From assembly GCA_032718475.1 (NCBI GenBank), contig JAUCBJ010001570.1, positions 62,001 through 126,000 on the forward strand: 64,000 bases of DNA, read 5' to 3'. Positions 1-14,158 of the stretch are shown one piece after another. A program made the position numbers and the translations under genes. This DNA is from Nemertoderma westbladi. Lineage: Eukaryota; Animalia; Xenacoelomorpha. Every line of letters begins with the position of its first letter. The first letter of the stretch is position 1. The notes under the pieces were generated by a model. It saw only the letters and a program-made list of their open reading frames with translations. It was not told the DNA's origin and ran no database searches.

Positions 1-1926
1 TAAAAGTAGCGCGTTATTCATTCTGTGCTTACACTCATAAGTTAAATTTATAATAAAACTAAAAGAACCGCGTTATTCATTCTGTGCTTACACTCATAAG
101 TTAAATCTATAATAAAACTAAAAGTAGCGCGTTATTCATTCTGTGCTTACACTCATAAGTTAAATCTATAATAAAACTAAAAGAACCGCGTTATTCATTC
201 TGTGCTTACACTCATAAGTTAAATCTATAATAAAACTAAAAGAACCGCGTTATTCATTCTGTGCTTACACTCATAAGTTAAATCTATAATAAAACTAACA
301 GTACCGCGTTATTCATTCTGTGCTTACACTCATAAGTTAAATTTATAATAAAACTAACAGTACCGCGTTATTCATTCTGTGCTTACACTCATAAGTTAAA
401 TCTATAATAAAACTAAAAGTAGCGCGTTATTCATTCTGTGCTTACACTCATAAGTTAAATCTATAATAAAACTAAAAGTAGCGCGTTATTCATTCTGTGC
501 TTACACTCATAAGTTAAGTCTATAATAAAACTAACAGTACCGCGTTATTCATTCTGTGCTTACACTCATAAGTTAAATCTATAATAAAACTAAAAGAACC
601 GCGTTATTCATTCTGTGCTTACACTCATAAGTTAAATCTATAATAAAACTAAAAGTAGCGCGTTATTCATTCTGTGCTTACACTCATAAGTTAAATCTAT
701 AATAAAACTAAAAGTAGCGCGTTATTCATTCTGTGCTTACACTCATAAGTTAAATCTATAATAAAACTAAAAGTAGCGCGTTATTCATTCTGTGCTTACA
801 CTCATAAGTTAAATCTATAATAAAACTAAAAGTAGCGCGTTATTCATTCTGTGCTTACACTCATAAGTTAAATCTATAATAAAACTAACAGTACCGCGTT
901 ATTCATTCTGTGCTTACACTCATAAGTTAAATCTATAATAAAACTAAAAGAACCGCGTTATTCATTCTGTGCTTACACTCATAAGTTAAATCTATAATAA
1001 AACTAAAAGTAGCGCGTTATTCATTCTGTGCTTACACTCATAAGTTAAATTTATAATAAAACTAAAAGAATCGCGTTATTCATTCTGTGCTTACACTCAT
1101 AAGTTAAATCTATAATAAAACTAAAAGTAGCGCGTTATTCATTCTGTGCTTACACTCATAAGTTAAATTTATAATAAAACTAAAAGAACCGCGTTATTCA
1201 TTCTGTGCTTACACTCATAAGTTAAATCTATAATAAAACTAAAAGTAGCGCGTTATTCATTCTGTGCTTACACTCATAAGTTAAATCTATAATAAAACTA
1301 AAAGAACCGCGTTATTCATTCTGTGCTTACACTCATAAGTTAAATCTATAATAAAACTAAAAGAACCGCGTTATTCATTCTGTGCTTACACTCATAAGTT
1401 AAATCTATAATAAAACTAAAAGTAGCGCGTTATTCATTCTGTGCTTACACTCATAAGTTAAATCTATAATAAAACTAAAAGTAGCGCGTTATTCATTCTG
1501 TGCTTACACTCATAAGTTAAATCTATAATAAAACTAAAAGTAGCGCGTTATTCATTCTGTGCTTACACTCATAAGTTAAATCTATAATAAAACTAAAAGA
1601 ACCGCGTTATTCATTCTGTGCTTACACTCATAAGTTAAATTTATAATAAAACTAACAGTACCGCGTTATTCATTCTGTGCTTACACTCATAAGTTAAATC
1701 TATAATAAAACTAAAAGTAGCGCGTTATTCATTCTGTGCTTACACTCATAAGTTAAATCTATAATAAAACTAAAAGTAGCGCGTTATTCATTCTGTGCTT
1801 ACACTCATAAGTTAAATCTATAATAAAACTAAAAGTAGCGCGTTATTCATTCTGTGCTTACACTCATAAGTTAAATCTATAATAAAACTAACAGTACCGC
1901 GTTATTCATTCTGTGCTTACACTCAT
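1..1926. repeat. 59-bp minisatellite, ~32 copies, continues past the window start
   Basis: Unit TAAAAGTAGCGCGTTATTCATTCTGTGCTTACACTCATAAGTTAAATCTATAATAAAAC with few variant positions. Confidence 0.98.
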
Positions 1927-2093
1927 ATACATTCATTGAGAAACCTGTGAGGAACATTGGATTACTCCCCGTTACGATTCCGTTTATGCGCCTTGCGCCC
2001 AGCTCTGCTACAATGTAACCTTGATTCAAGTATATTTTCGACTGGACGGTTAATGGCTTCCGTCGCAGTACAGAATAACCAGTCAAGCTTAAT
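1920..2093 (-). other. Putative exon or pseudo-exon of an unidentified gene
   Basis: Open frame ...LTGYSVLRRKP...FSMNVYE ends at GAGT|GTAAGC, where the 59-bp array begins. The acceptor is weak and no homology was recognised. Confidence 0.3.
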
Positions 2094-5004
2094 CTTTAAT
2101 TAACCTCTGATAAGCGATATATATTGTTACTCTCGCTTTGAAAATGTACGAATCTAACAGTAATGCGATTATACTTATTATGTAGGCTGTATGCAAAGTG
2201 GCACCGCCGCGGTGCGGTATAATAATACAAACCGTTTTAGTCCTTTTTAATTCCTCCTCCGTGTTTCTTCTTTATGAAGCAATAAAGAAAAAAATTCAAA
2301 ATAAATTAATCACGAAACAATTATTGAAGAAACTACAAAAATTTTAAGCAATGACTTGAAATTAAAGAATGAAACATATTATTTATATATTTTTGTATAA
2401 AACAGAATGACTGTGAGTGTAGATACTCTAATAGAGTAGATACCTATCCAACTTTACATTTTACTTCCGTCTCTATTTTCTCGCGCTGTTAATTAATAGG
2501 AATACGGGGTTTCCTCGTCGCATCCGTTTCTTTTACAACCATCCGTCGCCAATACGATATACCGGTAAACCCGAATTTCACAATTGCTTAAGAATATATT
2601 TCAAAGGAAATAAGAGTGAATTGTTCCCCAAGGATGGGAGTCGAAAATATGTTGTCCAAATAAATAAATAATTATTCTTCAAGGTGACGAAAGCAGAACG
2701 ATATCTTGTAAACTAATGCTTACGTCATTGCTTACGTCATGTAAGACCTACGTCATTGAGTGGGAGTTGCTAATTATATTTTATTTTATTTTTTAGATCG
2801 GCGATTACTCGTTGTGTTTCTGGTATTTGTTTGTTTTGTTGTTATTGTTATTGTTGTGTACTCTAGAATGCTTTATTCATATGATTTACAGTTCGTAATA
2901 GTAATTGACTCCCTGTTCTATCATTGTTTATTTGCATATGGCGCTAAAGGTTCACCAATAATGGTTCCGTAGTTTCTTTAGATTTGGGTACCGCTAGATT
3001 TTCACGAATGGAGGTCCCGTTATTACGATAATTATCCGCCTTTTCTATGTTATTTTTTTTGAATAAGCCTATGTAGTTTTCTGCTAGATACTATCTGCTA
3101 GATGCTAGATAATAAAATTAAGAAAATAATTCTACAGAAATTATAACAAATGTTTTGTAGAGCAGAAACCGTAATATTTGGATTTTATAAATTCAATAAT
3201 AATGTTACGTATCCGTTTAAATAAGCTTTTTTATAAGCGGTGTGTCAGTGTGTTGTGTATTAAATAATGTATTGTCTATGATACTTTTGAAAGGACGATA
3301 AGAAATCCATCCATCCTACAAAGACTAAGATAAGATTGCACTTTACGAAATATAATATGTTAGTGTGGGATGTAGTGTGCCATTGTAGTGCCACTTGTAA
3401 TGTCTTTGTGTTGTGGCGTTACTGGCCTTAGGCCTAAAGGATACAAGAGTCATTGTTTATTTTTGTTGTCTGAATAAATTCTCTCAATATTAAATCTTTG
3501 TACTTTTGAACGGATATCGTAGTTCTATTTGCAGGGAAATACGATGTCCAAATAAGGCTTTTTTCTTTTAATCTCTTGTATTCGAGTGGTGATTGACAGT
3601 TGTTAGTAAATCGCCAGTATAAGGGGGTTGGTCGATCTGCAATCTCTTGCGTTCTCGGTGTGGGAAACAGGTCCTAAGGGCGAAGTTTGACAGACACTAT
3701 TCCGTTATGGTAATTTTCTCAAATTAATCTAAATCTTGCAGGAAACCACTACACCGGAATTTTAGCAACTGGTTTTATATAATTGAACATCGCTGGGTGG
3801 TTGATCGCGCAGTAACCACTAGTGCCAGAATTAATAGATATTCTTTGCAACTGCGGGGATTAATAAAATTATCTAATATGTGATTTTAATGGAGTTCCAC
3901 TGAAATAAAGAAAATATTAAAATTTAACATTTACAAAGCTGATAGCTATTTAATGACCTTTGTGATTGATTGCCTTGTGGAATTAGTGGTTGCAGCTATG
4001 GGGTGATTATAGAAACAATATGGGAGTTATTTATTATCGGTTGTTTCAAAATTATTGGTTGGTAAGTTTTGTTGAAATTTAAATTGTGGCAAAATCAGAA
4101 AAAGTTCTAATTCCGATACTCTATATGTATTTAAAGAAGTCAAATGAATTTAAGGGGGATAAATAATCATTATTACGGTACGAATCCAAATAATACTGTG
4201 CAAATAATAATCCAAATATGATTTGTCAACTCCTACCTAACTCGGAATTCCCTGCCCTAGCTTCTAAGGGATTCTATCTATAAATAAATTGTTCAACATC
4301 CTGACATTATTATATGGTTCAAAATATAAGATTAAGCAATAAGATTGTAATTGATTGGGAATAAATGATATTCCGAAGCATTTTAAATTCTCTGGTCCAT
4401 AAGATATTGACTTGATATTCAGAAATTTTGATAGTAAATTTGTTCAAAAATGACCATTAAAAAACATTAAAAAAATAACATTAGTTTTTTTACTTTTCTC
4501 AGAACATGTTTTATCCATTTTTGGTCGGATTCTATATGAACTGTCACATTGGTATAATTTTGTAAATTCGATCTACTTTTGGGGGTTTAAATTATTTTTA
4601 GGTACATAAATTATAATTCCATTGCATCTCAGGTTTTTAGTGAGTCAAACTTTTCGGAATTTTTCAGAATCTTCCGGAAACCTAGTTTCCGGGTTTCCGC
4701 ATTTTGTGGAGCCATGGTCATATGGGGGGGGGGGGGGGGGGGACGACGCTGTAATTGGTTTACGTTTACTATTAATTGATAGGCCTACTGATATAATGCC
4801 ATTGAAAGACACCGGGGACTTATTGTATTGATAAATATAAATTGTTAAATTGTATCACAAACCTTCCTGTGACAGGTTTTCAATTTTCTCGGATTATTCC
4901 AATGTTCCAAAAATTTCGATTTTCCATCTAAATTATTATTATTACAAATTGGCAATCAATGTGTGTTTTATTTCTTTTTGATTCTATTAATAAATATGAA
5001 AGCT

Positions 5005-6970
5005 AAACAGATCCCCCACCCCAAACAATTCAACTCCGTCCCCAACCAAAACAGATCCCCCCACCCCAAACCATTCAACTCCGTCCCCAACCAAAACAGA
5101 TCTCCCCACCCCAAACCATTCAACTCCGTCCCCAACCAAAACAGATCCCCCCACCCCAAACCATTCAACTCCGTCCCCAACCAAAACAGATCCCCCACCC
5201 CAAACAATTAAACTCCGTTCCCAACCAAAACAGATCCCCCCACCCCAAACCATTCAACTCCGCCCCCAACCAAAACAGATCCCCCACCCCAAACCGTTCA
5301 ACTCCGTCCCCAACCAAAACAGATCCCCCACCCCAAACCATTCAACTCCGTCCCCAACCAAAACAGATCTCCCCACCCCATACCATTCAACTCCGTCCCC
5401 AACCAAAACAGATCCCCCCACCCCAAACCATTCAACTCCGTCCCCAACCAAAACAGATCCCCCACCCCAAACAATTCAACTCCGTTCCCAACCAAAACAG
5501 ATCCCCCCACCCCAAACCATTCAACTCCGTCCCCAACCAAAACAGATCCCCCACCCCAAACCATTCAACTCCGTCCCCAACCAAAACAGATCCCCCCACC
5601 CCAAACCATTCAACTCCGTCCCCAACCAAAACAGATCCCCCACCCCAAACCATTCAACTCCGTCCCCAACCAAAACAGATCCCCCACCCCAAACAATTCA
5701 ACTCCGTCCCCAACCAAAACAGATCCCCCCACCCCAAACCATTCAACTCCGTCCCCAACCAAAACAGATCCCCCCACCCCAAACCATTCAACTCCGTCCC
5801 CAACCAAAACAGATCCCCCCACCCCAAACCATTCAACTCCGTCCCCAACCAAAACAGATCCCCCCACCCCAAACCATTCAACTCCGTCCCCAACCAAAAC
5901 AGATCCCCCACCCCAAACAATTCAACTCCGTTCCCAACCAAAACAGATCCCCCACCCCAAACAATTCAACTCCGTCCCCAACCAAAACAGATCCCCCACC
6001 CCAAACAATTCAACTCCGTTCCCAACCAAAACAGATCCCCCACCCCAAACAATTCAACTCCGTCCCCAACCAAAACAGATCCCCCACCCCAAACCATTCA
6101 ACTCCGTCCCCAACCAAAACAGATCCCCCACCCCAAACCATTCAACTCCGTCCCCAACCAAAATAGATCCCCCACCCCAAACAATTCAACTCCGTCCCCA
6201 ACCAAAACAGATTCCCCACCCCAAACCATTCAACTCCGTCCCCAACCAAAACAGATCCCCCCACCCCAAACCATTCAACTCCGTCCCCAACCAAAACAGA
6301 TCCCCCACCCCAAACCATTCAACTCAGTCCCAACCAAAACAGATTCCCCACCCCAAACCATTCAACTCCGTCCCCAACCAAAACAGATTCCCCACCCCAA
6401 ACCATTCAACTCCGTCCCCAACCAAAACAGATCCCCCACCCCAAACCATTCAACTCCGTCCCCAACCAAAACAGATCCCCCACCCCAAACCATTCAACTC
6501 CGTCCCCAACCAAAACAGATCCCCCCACCCCAAACCATTCAACTCCGTCCCCAGCCAAAACAGATCCCCCACCCCAAACCATTCAACTCCGTCCCCAACC
6601 AAAACAGATCCCCCACCCCAAACCATTCAACTCCGTCCCCAACCAAAACAGATCCCCCCACCCCAAACCATTCAACTCCGTCCCCAACCAAAACAGATCC
6701 CCCACCCCAAACAATTCAACTCCGCCCCCAACCAAAACAGATCCCCCCACCCCAAACCATTCAACTCCGTCCCCAACCAAAACAGATCCCCCACCCCAAA
6801 CAATTCAACTCCGCCCCCAACCAAAACAGATCCCCCCACCCCAAACCATTCAACTCCGTCCCCAACCAAAACAGATCCCCCCACCCCAAACCATTCAACT
6901 CCGTCCCCAACCAAAACAGATCCCCCCACCCCAAACCATTCAACTCCGTCCCCAACCAAAACAGATCCCT
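5005..6970. repeat. 44/45-bp C-rich minisatellite, ~44 copies
   Basis: Unit AAACAGATCCCCC(C)ACCCCAAACCATTCAACTCCGTCCCCAACCA. Confidence 0.98.
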
Positions 6971-7213
6971 CAACTAAAACTTACATTATCGTTTATTTCC
7001 TCCCCCAACATGACTGCATTTATTATACTTACATCCATTCGTAATAACCGATAAACAACGGCTGACTACGGGGCATTAATCAATTTGACCTGTATCGTAA
7101 ATTATAGATGATATCGTCAAGGAATTGTTGAATAATTTATAAACCCGACTCACCGGCTAGTTCAGAACCTAGTTAATATCGGTAATAACGTCACGGCGTG
7201 GATGGAAACAACT

Positions 7214-8675
7214 ATACAAACAGCAAAGGTTCCTCGCTCTACAATCCAGCTATGGATACAAACAGCAAAGGTTCCTCGCTCTCTAATCCAGCTATGGATA
7301 CAAACAGCAAAGGTTCCTCTCTCTACATCCCAGCTATGGATACAAACAGCAAAGGTTCCTCGCTCTCTAATCCAGCTATGGATACAAACAGCAAAGGTTC
7401 CTCGCTCTCAAATCCAGCTATGGATACAAACAGCAAAGGTTCCTCTCTCTACATCCCAGCTATGGATACAAACAGCAAAGGTTCCTCGCTCTCTAATCCA
7501 GCTATGGATACAAACAGCAAAGGTTCCTCGCTCTACAATCCAGCTATGGATACAAACCGCAAAGGTTCCTCGCTCTCTAATCCAGCTATGGATACAAACA
7601 GCAAAGGTTCCTCGCTCTGTAATCCAGCTATGGATACAAACAGCAAAGGTTCCTCGCTCTCTAATCCAGCTATGGATACAAACAGCAAAGGTTCCTCGCT
7701 CTACAATCCAGCTATGGATACAAACAGCAAAGGTTCCTCGCTCTCTAATCCAGCTATGGATACAAACAGCAAAGGTTCCTCGCTCTACAATCCAGCTATG
7801 GATACAAACAGCAAAGGTTCCTCGCTCTACAATCCAGCTATGGATACAAACAGCAAAGGTTCCTCGCTCTACAATCCAGCTATGGATACAAACAGCAAAG
7901 GTTCCTCGCTCTCTAATCCAGCTATGGATACAAACAGCAAAGGTTCCTCGCTCTACAATCCAGCTATGGATACAAACAGCAACTGTTCCTCGCTCTCTAA
8001 TCCAGCTATGGATACAAACAGCAAATGTTCCTCGCTCTACAATCCAGCTATGGATACAAACAGCATAGGTTCCTCTCTCTACAATCCAGCTATGGATACA
8101 AACAGCAAAGGTTCCTCGCTCTCTAATCCAGCTATGGATACAAACAGCAAAGGTTCCTCGCTCTACAATCCAGCTATGGATACCAACACAACGATTCCTC
8201 TCTCTACAATCCAGCTATGGATACAAACAGCAAAGGTTCCTCGCTCTACAATCCAGCTATGGATACAAACAGCAAAGGTTCCTCGCTCTACAATCGAGCT
8301 ATGGATACAAACAGCAAAGGTTCCTCGCTCTACAATCCAGCTATGGATACAAACAGCAACTGTTCCTCGCTCTCTAATCCAGCTATGGATACAAACAGCA
8401 AAGGTTCCTCGCTCTCTAATCCAGCTATGGATACAAACAGCAAAGGTTCCTCGCTCTACAATCCAGCTATGGATACAAACAGCAAAGGTTCCTCGCTCTC
8501 TAATCCAGCTATGGATACAAACAGCAAAGGTTCCTCGCTCTCTAATCCAGCTATGGATACAAACAGCAAAGGTTCCTCGCTCTCTAATCCAGCTATGGAT
8601 ACAAACAGCAAAGGTTCCTCGCTCTCTAATCCAACTATGGATACAAACAGCAAAGGTTCCTCGCTCTGTAATCCA
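7214..8675. repeat. 42-bp minisatellite, ~35 copies
   Basis: Unit ATACAAACAGCAAAGGTTCCTCGCTCTACAATCCAGCTATGG. Confidence 0.98.
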
Positions 8676-10374
8676 AAGCCCCTTCTATATATAAAATAAT
8701 ATAATCTAATATAAAATAAAATAAACGCACACAAACCAATTACTGTATTATTATTACTTATGTTGTCTAGAGTACCTACAATGTATGGTACTGTATGACT
8801 ACAATGTACAGTACGTTAATTCTATAAAGTGCAAGAAAGTATAAAAAATATTTACGTCATAATCTTAATTAGCCTACTTTACGACTCATAAATACTCTAT
8901 CAACATAATGAACAATATAATTTTTTCGATCCAATATGTACTGTAGGACTGCCCATAAAACTCGAAGATTTTGCTACCAATAGGATTAATTCTATCCTTG
9001 AGTATGTAAAATGTATGCATCTGATTGGATGAAATTGATAAGGAGTTACTTGGAGTTTCGTTTTTTACTATATTAATTCAGAGAGATGCTGCATATATAA
9101 TTTTGCAAAAAACTGTGGCATTATCGGGTTGAACATTGAACCTAACCTAATGACATGGGCTTTTTTGCAGTGACTAATATTGTACACTCGACTCACAAAT
9201 TTACCTAAACTTCCTTCGTATTACATCTTTCTTGACTTCGGTACATCTGCAGACAGCAACAATTATTACAATATTACTGTACCACCAACCACCAGGCAAA
9301 GCGGAATCGTGTTAGGATTGCGCCAAGGATTGTGTTAGGATTGCGCGAGCTTAGCATACGGGCACGGTACCACTAACTCAATCGGTGTGTCTATCGTTCT
9401 GTTGTTCTGTCGTGTCATATTTTATACGTTGATAACTCGGCCAATCCTCGTGAAATCTAACCACACTTGATACACACGTTGTTTGGCAAAAGTTTAGAAA
9501 TTTTCCAAGAATTGGCCCAGTGTGGCCTTCGAGAAGATAAGATAATAGCAGTTAATTAGTTAATTAAATTGATTACGGTAATTAAAAAAAACATAATTTT
9601 TCTGCTTGCCCTTTAATGGAAATAAATTATTTACTACTATAACATTTAAATAATTATACATAAAAATTATGCAGCTGTAATCCCCATACTCCATTCCATT
9701 ATAGTTTTTAATTAGTTCAAGTGATTTGCTTTAAGAAATTTGATTTTAATTGATCTAAACGTAATTAAGTTATTAAAATACCCCGTCACTCTATACTTCC
9801 AGCTCCCCTAGTCAATGGCAGGCTGCTATTGCCTTGCGTAGCTGGGAACCAGTCCAACCACCTCACCAATACTCAAAGGTAGCAATGTAATGTGCCAGAC
9901 TAATAAGCCAGCTTGCTTATTGTTTATCTTGCATAATAATTGGCTGAGTATTTAATCTTGATTCTTTAGAATAATTAGCTAAATAATTTCGTTGAGATGT
10001 TGACGTGGTAAATTAATATTCCAGTATCAATACTATCGGCATAAGGTAAGTTTTAATATTTCTTACAAATTGGGTTGCAAATTTACAAATTTAATATATT
10101 ACTTTTAATACAAAAATTTCGTGTTGATACCTGCCTTTCATCAATCCTCTATGCGCCTTTGGGTTGGGGTGGTGCTGATTAAGATGGGAGTTGAAGGGGA
10201 GGAACTTTCCCCTATTCTTTGATTTATTGGCGGTTTGGTTAAATGTCTTAATGGAATCGCTCAATATAAATTTGTATCTCATAAATGATCCTCGTGCTGC
10301 GCGAACGCCCAACGAACGTGTTGATAAGTAAAGGACAGTAAAGGACTGATCTCCGGTCATAAGCCTACAGCAAT

Positions 10375-11320
10375 GACGACAATAAGCCACAATGAGCAAC
10401 AAGCAATAATAAAGAACAACAACGAGCACTAATAAAAAAAACAACGAGCAACAATGAGCAACAACGGTGTCTACTTGTCCACAAGAAATTATGTAAAATC
10501 TTATTGGTAACGGAAACAGACTTAGAGGAATAGAATTAGAATAACAGATTTTAGGTCCTGTCAACCAAAGAGCAATGGTACACTCTATGTTAATCATCGT
10601 TTTTCAGGAACAGAATGTAAGAGAATGCAATCTAAGGGACCAAAGTATTCTAAAGTTGGTGTTGTTGATGTTAATCAGGTTAATGAAATGCAACGGACCT
10701 GCGCAAAAATAAGGCCGATGAATTTACGAATCTCATTGCCACTAGTTCGAAGGGTATCTGAAAAATAATAATGAAGATAAATTCTACCTGTTTGTTTAGA
10801 TTTGGTCGGACCAAGATACTGTACAACACATACAAAGGAGAATTCAGAAGAATTTGAATTACTACGGCACGGAAATGCAAAGACAAAAACATTGTGAGCA
10901 ATGTCTATCAACTTCCTAAATCTTACTGACAAACTGGTTGTGAAAACTGCTGGTGTTCCTGATTATTTCGAAAAAGATTGAACACCAGCCCGAAAAGCAA
11001 AATACTGCATTCCTCATTATTGCTCGTTGTTGTTCATTATTCCTCGTTGTTGCTAATTGTTTCTGAGTGTTGCTCGTTATTGCTCGTTGTTGTTCTTTAT
11101 CATTGCTCGTTGTTGCTCATTCTTTCTGAGTGTTGCTCATTATTGCTGGTTATTGCTCATTCTTTCTGAGTGTTGCTCATTATTGCTCGTTGTTGCTCAT
11201 TGTTTTTTGAGTGTTTTCTCGTTATTGCTCATTGTCGCTCACTGATGCTCGTTGTTGCTAGTTGTTGATCATTATTGCTCGTTGTTGTTCTTTATTAATG
11301 CTCGTTTTTTTCATTATTTT
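10375..11320. mobile_element. Degenerate foldback-type element with inverted low-complexity subterminal repeats
   Basis: CAACAACGAGCA/CAATGAGCAA repeats at 10390-10467 are inverted relative to TTGCTCGTTGTTG repeats at 11010-11310. The interior looks like decayed coding sequence (HGNAKTK). Confidence 0.4.
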
Positions 11321-12074
11321 TTAGCTGAGCTGAGCTGAGTTGAAATTGAGAATTGTTTTGAGCACCCTAGCACTAGCATACACTAGTGTAGTCCCTCTAG
11401 CTAATTCACTAGGTCTGTAGGTAGGGTGCGGCAAGCGCAGGGTAGGGACATAAGTCTCTAAAACGTGCCACCCTGCTCCATAGCCCGGGAAATTCAAATG
11501 ATTGAAAGACACACAATTTCTACTGGAAAGGGTGGCAGATCAGATCTGCCACCTATATTTTGGCGGTTAATTCAAATCTGTGTTATCATTGAATACTTCA
11601 ATAGACTAAGACTATGTAATTGAATGATAATCATACAATATATCACTTAGCATATCCGTTTTTGTGTTGTTTTTACTTTTTTTGTCAGTTTCTTTTCTTC
11701 AGATTTTGGTTCCAGGGAACCGGTGTAATTCTACTGATGTACTCTTAGGCCATCAGTAGCGGTATTTGGTATCAGAATATTATGCTGTAGAAAAGTTGTC
11801 TATTTTATTTATACAGTATGAAAAACCTATAAATGCATTCTGTAATCAGCTCCATTCCTTCAATACTGTACATGTAGGTAACGATATCGTGTTTTATTGT
11901 CAACTCTTCCTAACGATTCGTTTCATATAATGTTGTGGAGGTCAAACACTAATTATTATATTATAAGTTATCTGTTTCATTCTCCATACAAGTTAATGGT
12001 TTGGATAGTTGTCTGTTGTACTTCCTTGCAACGTCCATCGCATCTATTATGTCCAATTATTCAGTTTAATCATT

Positions 12075-12270
12075 CATTCATTCAGCTTATCATTCAGTTT
12101 AAGTATGAGCTGCACTTTTCCATGTGACTCAAGCTGTTTGCCGTCGGGCCCAAGAAGGATGTCGTCGCCGGGTGTCATCTGTATGCCACCAACAGCATCA
12201 TTTCCACCTAAGTCGGCTAGATCTTGCAAACTAATAGTATTTCGCTTAGCACCGGTATCAGCTAACTAGT
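12075..12270 (-). pseudogene. Remnant of an LTR-retrotransposon aspartic protease
   Basis: Minus strand reads LADTGAKRNTISLQDLADLGG...ILLGPDGKQLESHGKVQLILKLND (retropepsin DTGA motif), flanked by stops. Confidence 0.55.
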
Positions 12271-13925
12271 GCAAGAAGCCATGACGGCTTTTATTATTTC
12301 TATTGCTTGTTTCAAGTTTTATCAGCCGTGAGTCACAATTGTGCACAGAAGATATGGATGATGTTGTTTTTACATAAATGCTATTAAATTGATTGCTGCT
12401 TTGTGCGGACCTCCTTTATTGTTTTGGTTAGAAAAGCTCGCCTCTGTAACACTCTCTTTCCTTGAGACTAGGCAACAAAACAAGATTAGAAAGCCAGCAA
12501 GCTGGCTGGAAGGAGCCCGGGGAAAAATCCTATTTACAAGATTATTACAAATAAACCTTGTCGGTCAGCAGTAAGTAAACTAAACAATTGTCTAAACTAT
12601 AAGGCGTGGGGCTAGCTGACTTTGTGGCTCGTCCCACATAATAAAAAATGAAACTTTGCTATGACAACACACCCGGTTCTTTTAAATTTGCGTGATTTGA
12701 GTTTTATGCTCGCACCACTATTTGTAAGAAATGTTAAAACTTATCTTACAGTATGCCAATGTAGTAATGGTATTAAAATGTAATTAAATAAATTTACACT
12801 ATTAATGCTTCAGCTAAAAAATGATGCTAATCCTATGTAATAAAAAAAAATAAGAATATTATTTTTAAGAACATTCTACATATATCCTATACAAAATAAT
12901 CAGCCCAATGATTCGTGGAATAATAATAATATAATTCTATTGCAGTGGTATATTTTATTTTGTTTATTGACAACTCAACTATTTTCTGTCTATCCCTGAG
13001 AGCTGATAAAGGATGTGTAGACTCAGCCAGCAGCAGGAGGGGTGTAGTCAAGAAATTCTGCCTTGATGGAATTCTATCTCAGGCAGCGCTGAACTCAACC
13101 ATTCCTACACAGCTAGCTGCTGCAGCAGCTCAGGCAGGAGTTGTTACTTTACCATTGCTTTTAATTTCGCGACAAAATAATTTCAAAAAAAACGAAATAT
13201 ATCGAATACCACACATTGAATTGATCTGATATTTTGTAACGCGATTATGAACCACCAAAGCAATTTACTTGTAAAATTTCAACAAAATCGCCAGGCAGGA
13301 AGTGCCTGAACCTTGATAATTATCAGTCAGTCAGTGTTATATATCCTGAGATTTTTATAGTAAGTATCCCGCAGATTTTTACAGTAAGTATCCCGTATAG
13401 TAAGAATTTAATTGAAACAGTATTTAATAATTAATTAATTATCGCTCGAGTTCCTGCAGCTTTTATTTGTTTGTGGCTGCCTCTGGCTATGTTTGTGGCA
13501 GGAATGTTTGAACGCTAATAAGTCGGTCAATCATGGATGAAATGGAACCAAACTTGGTACACATGTAGTCTATAAAAAATGTATAAATTCTACACACAAT
13601 CAGTCAGTCATACACAGACAGTTCCTCTGTCTGCCGCTAGGGGGGCGAATTGACAGAAACGTAAAAATAGCAGTAATTATAGAACCAACCATCAGATTCA
13701 TCTGAAATTTGGTAGTAGTAGCCTACGAGCATTTCTTAATTAGAAAACCTACGCACAGACAGTGAGACAGACTTTTACAGTTCCTGTCTGCCACTAGGGG
13801 GAATTGTTAGAGCTCCAGTTCAACGTGCTTAGTAGTACGGTTTAATAAACAATAAATTCATTACTTATTTATTACAGTAATTATAACAGTAAAATGCAAT
13901 GTATTCTATTTTCTAGTGAAATCAA

Positions 13926-14158
13926 GAGACAGGAGGGGGGTGGGACTGGACGCAAATCCCATCTTGGCGAATTAATATCCCGCCTCAATGTTAAATTCTC
14001 AATTTAGGGAAAGGAGCAGGTTACAGTGGCACGTTATTTTAACCAAAAAATAAATTGTTATTAAATTTAAAATTAAATTGCTGTTATTTGCGTCCAATTT
14101 CCCCTGGAGAAGGATGAATTTTTATTGCGTCCAGTTTCACTCATCCCCCCCCTATCTG
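13926..14158. mobile_element. MITE family A (G-run TIRs), copy 1
   Basis: Ends GAGACAGG...GGACTGGACGCAA and TTGCGTCCAGT...CCCTATCTG. 8-bp TSD GAAATCAA at 13918-13925 and 14159-14166. Confidence 0.85.

Noticed and set aside
4963-6973. Many G/W/V-rich ORFs
   Set aside because: Artefacts of the 44/45-bp repeat with frequent 1-bp indels
7020-7230. Alternative genetic code to rescue exon-like patches with stops
   Set aside because: PDCD4 ends in TAA and NOL11 in TGA at their expected C-termini, which fits the standard code
7198-8699. 498-aa repetitive ORF as a real protein
   Set aside because: It is entirely a 42-bp repeat, it switches frame near 8185, and no signal peptide or domain is visible
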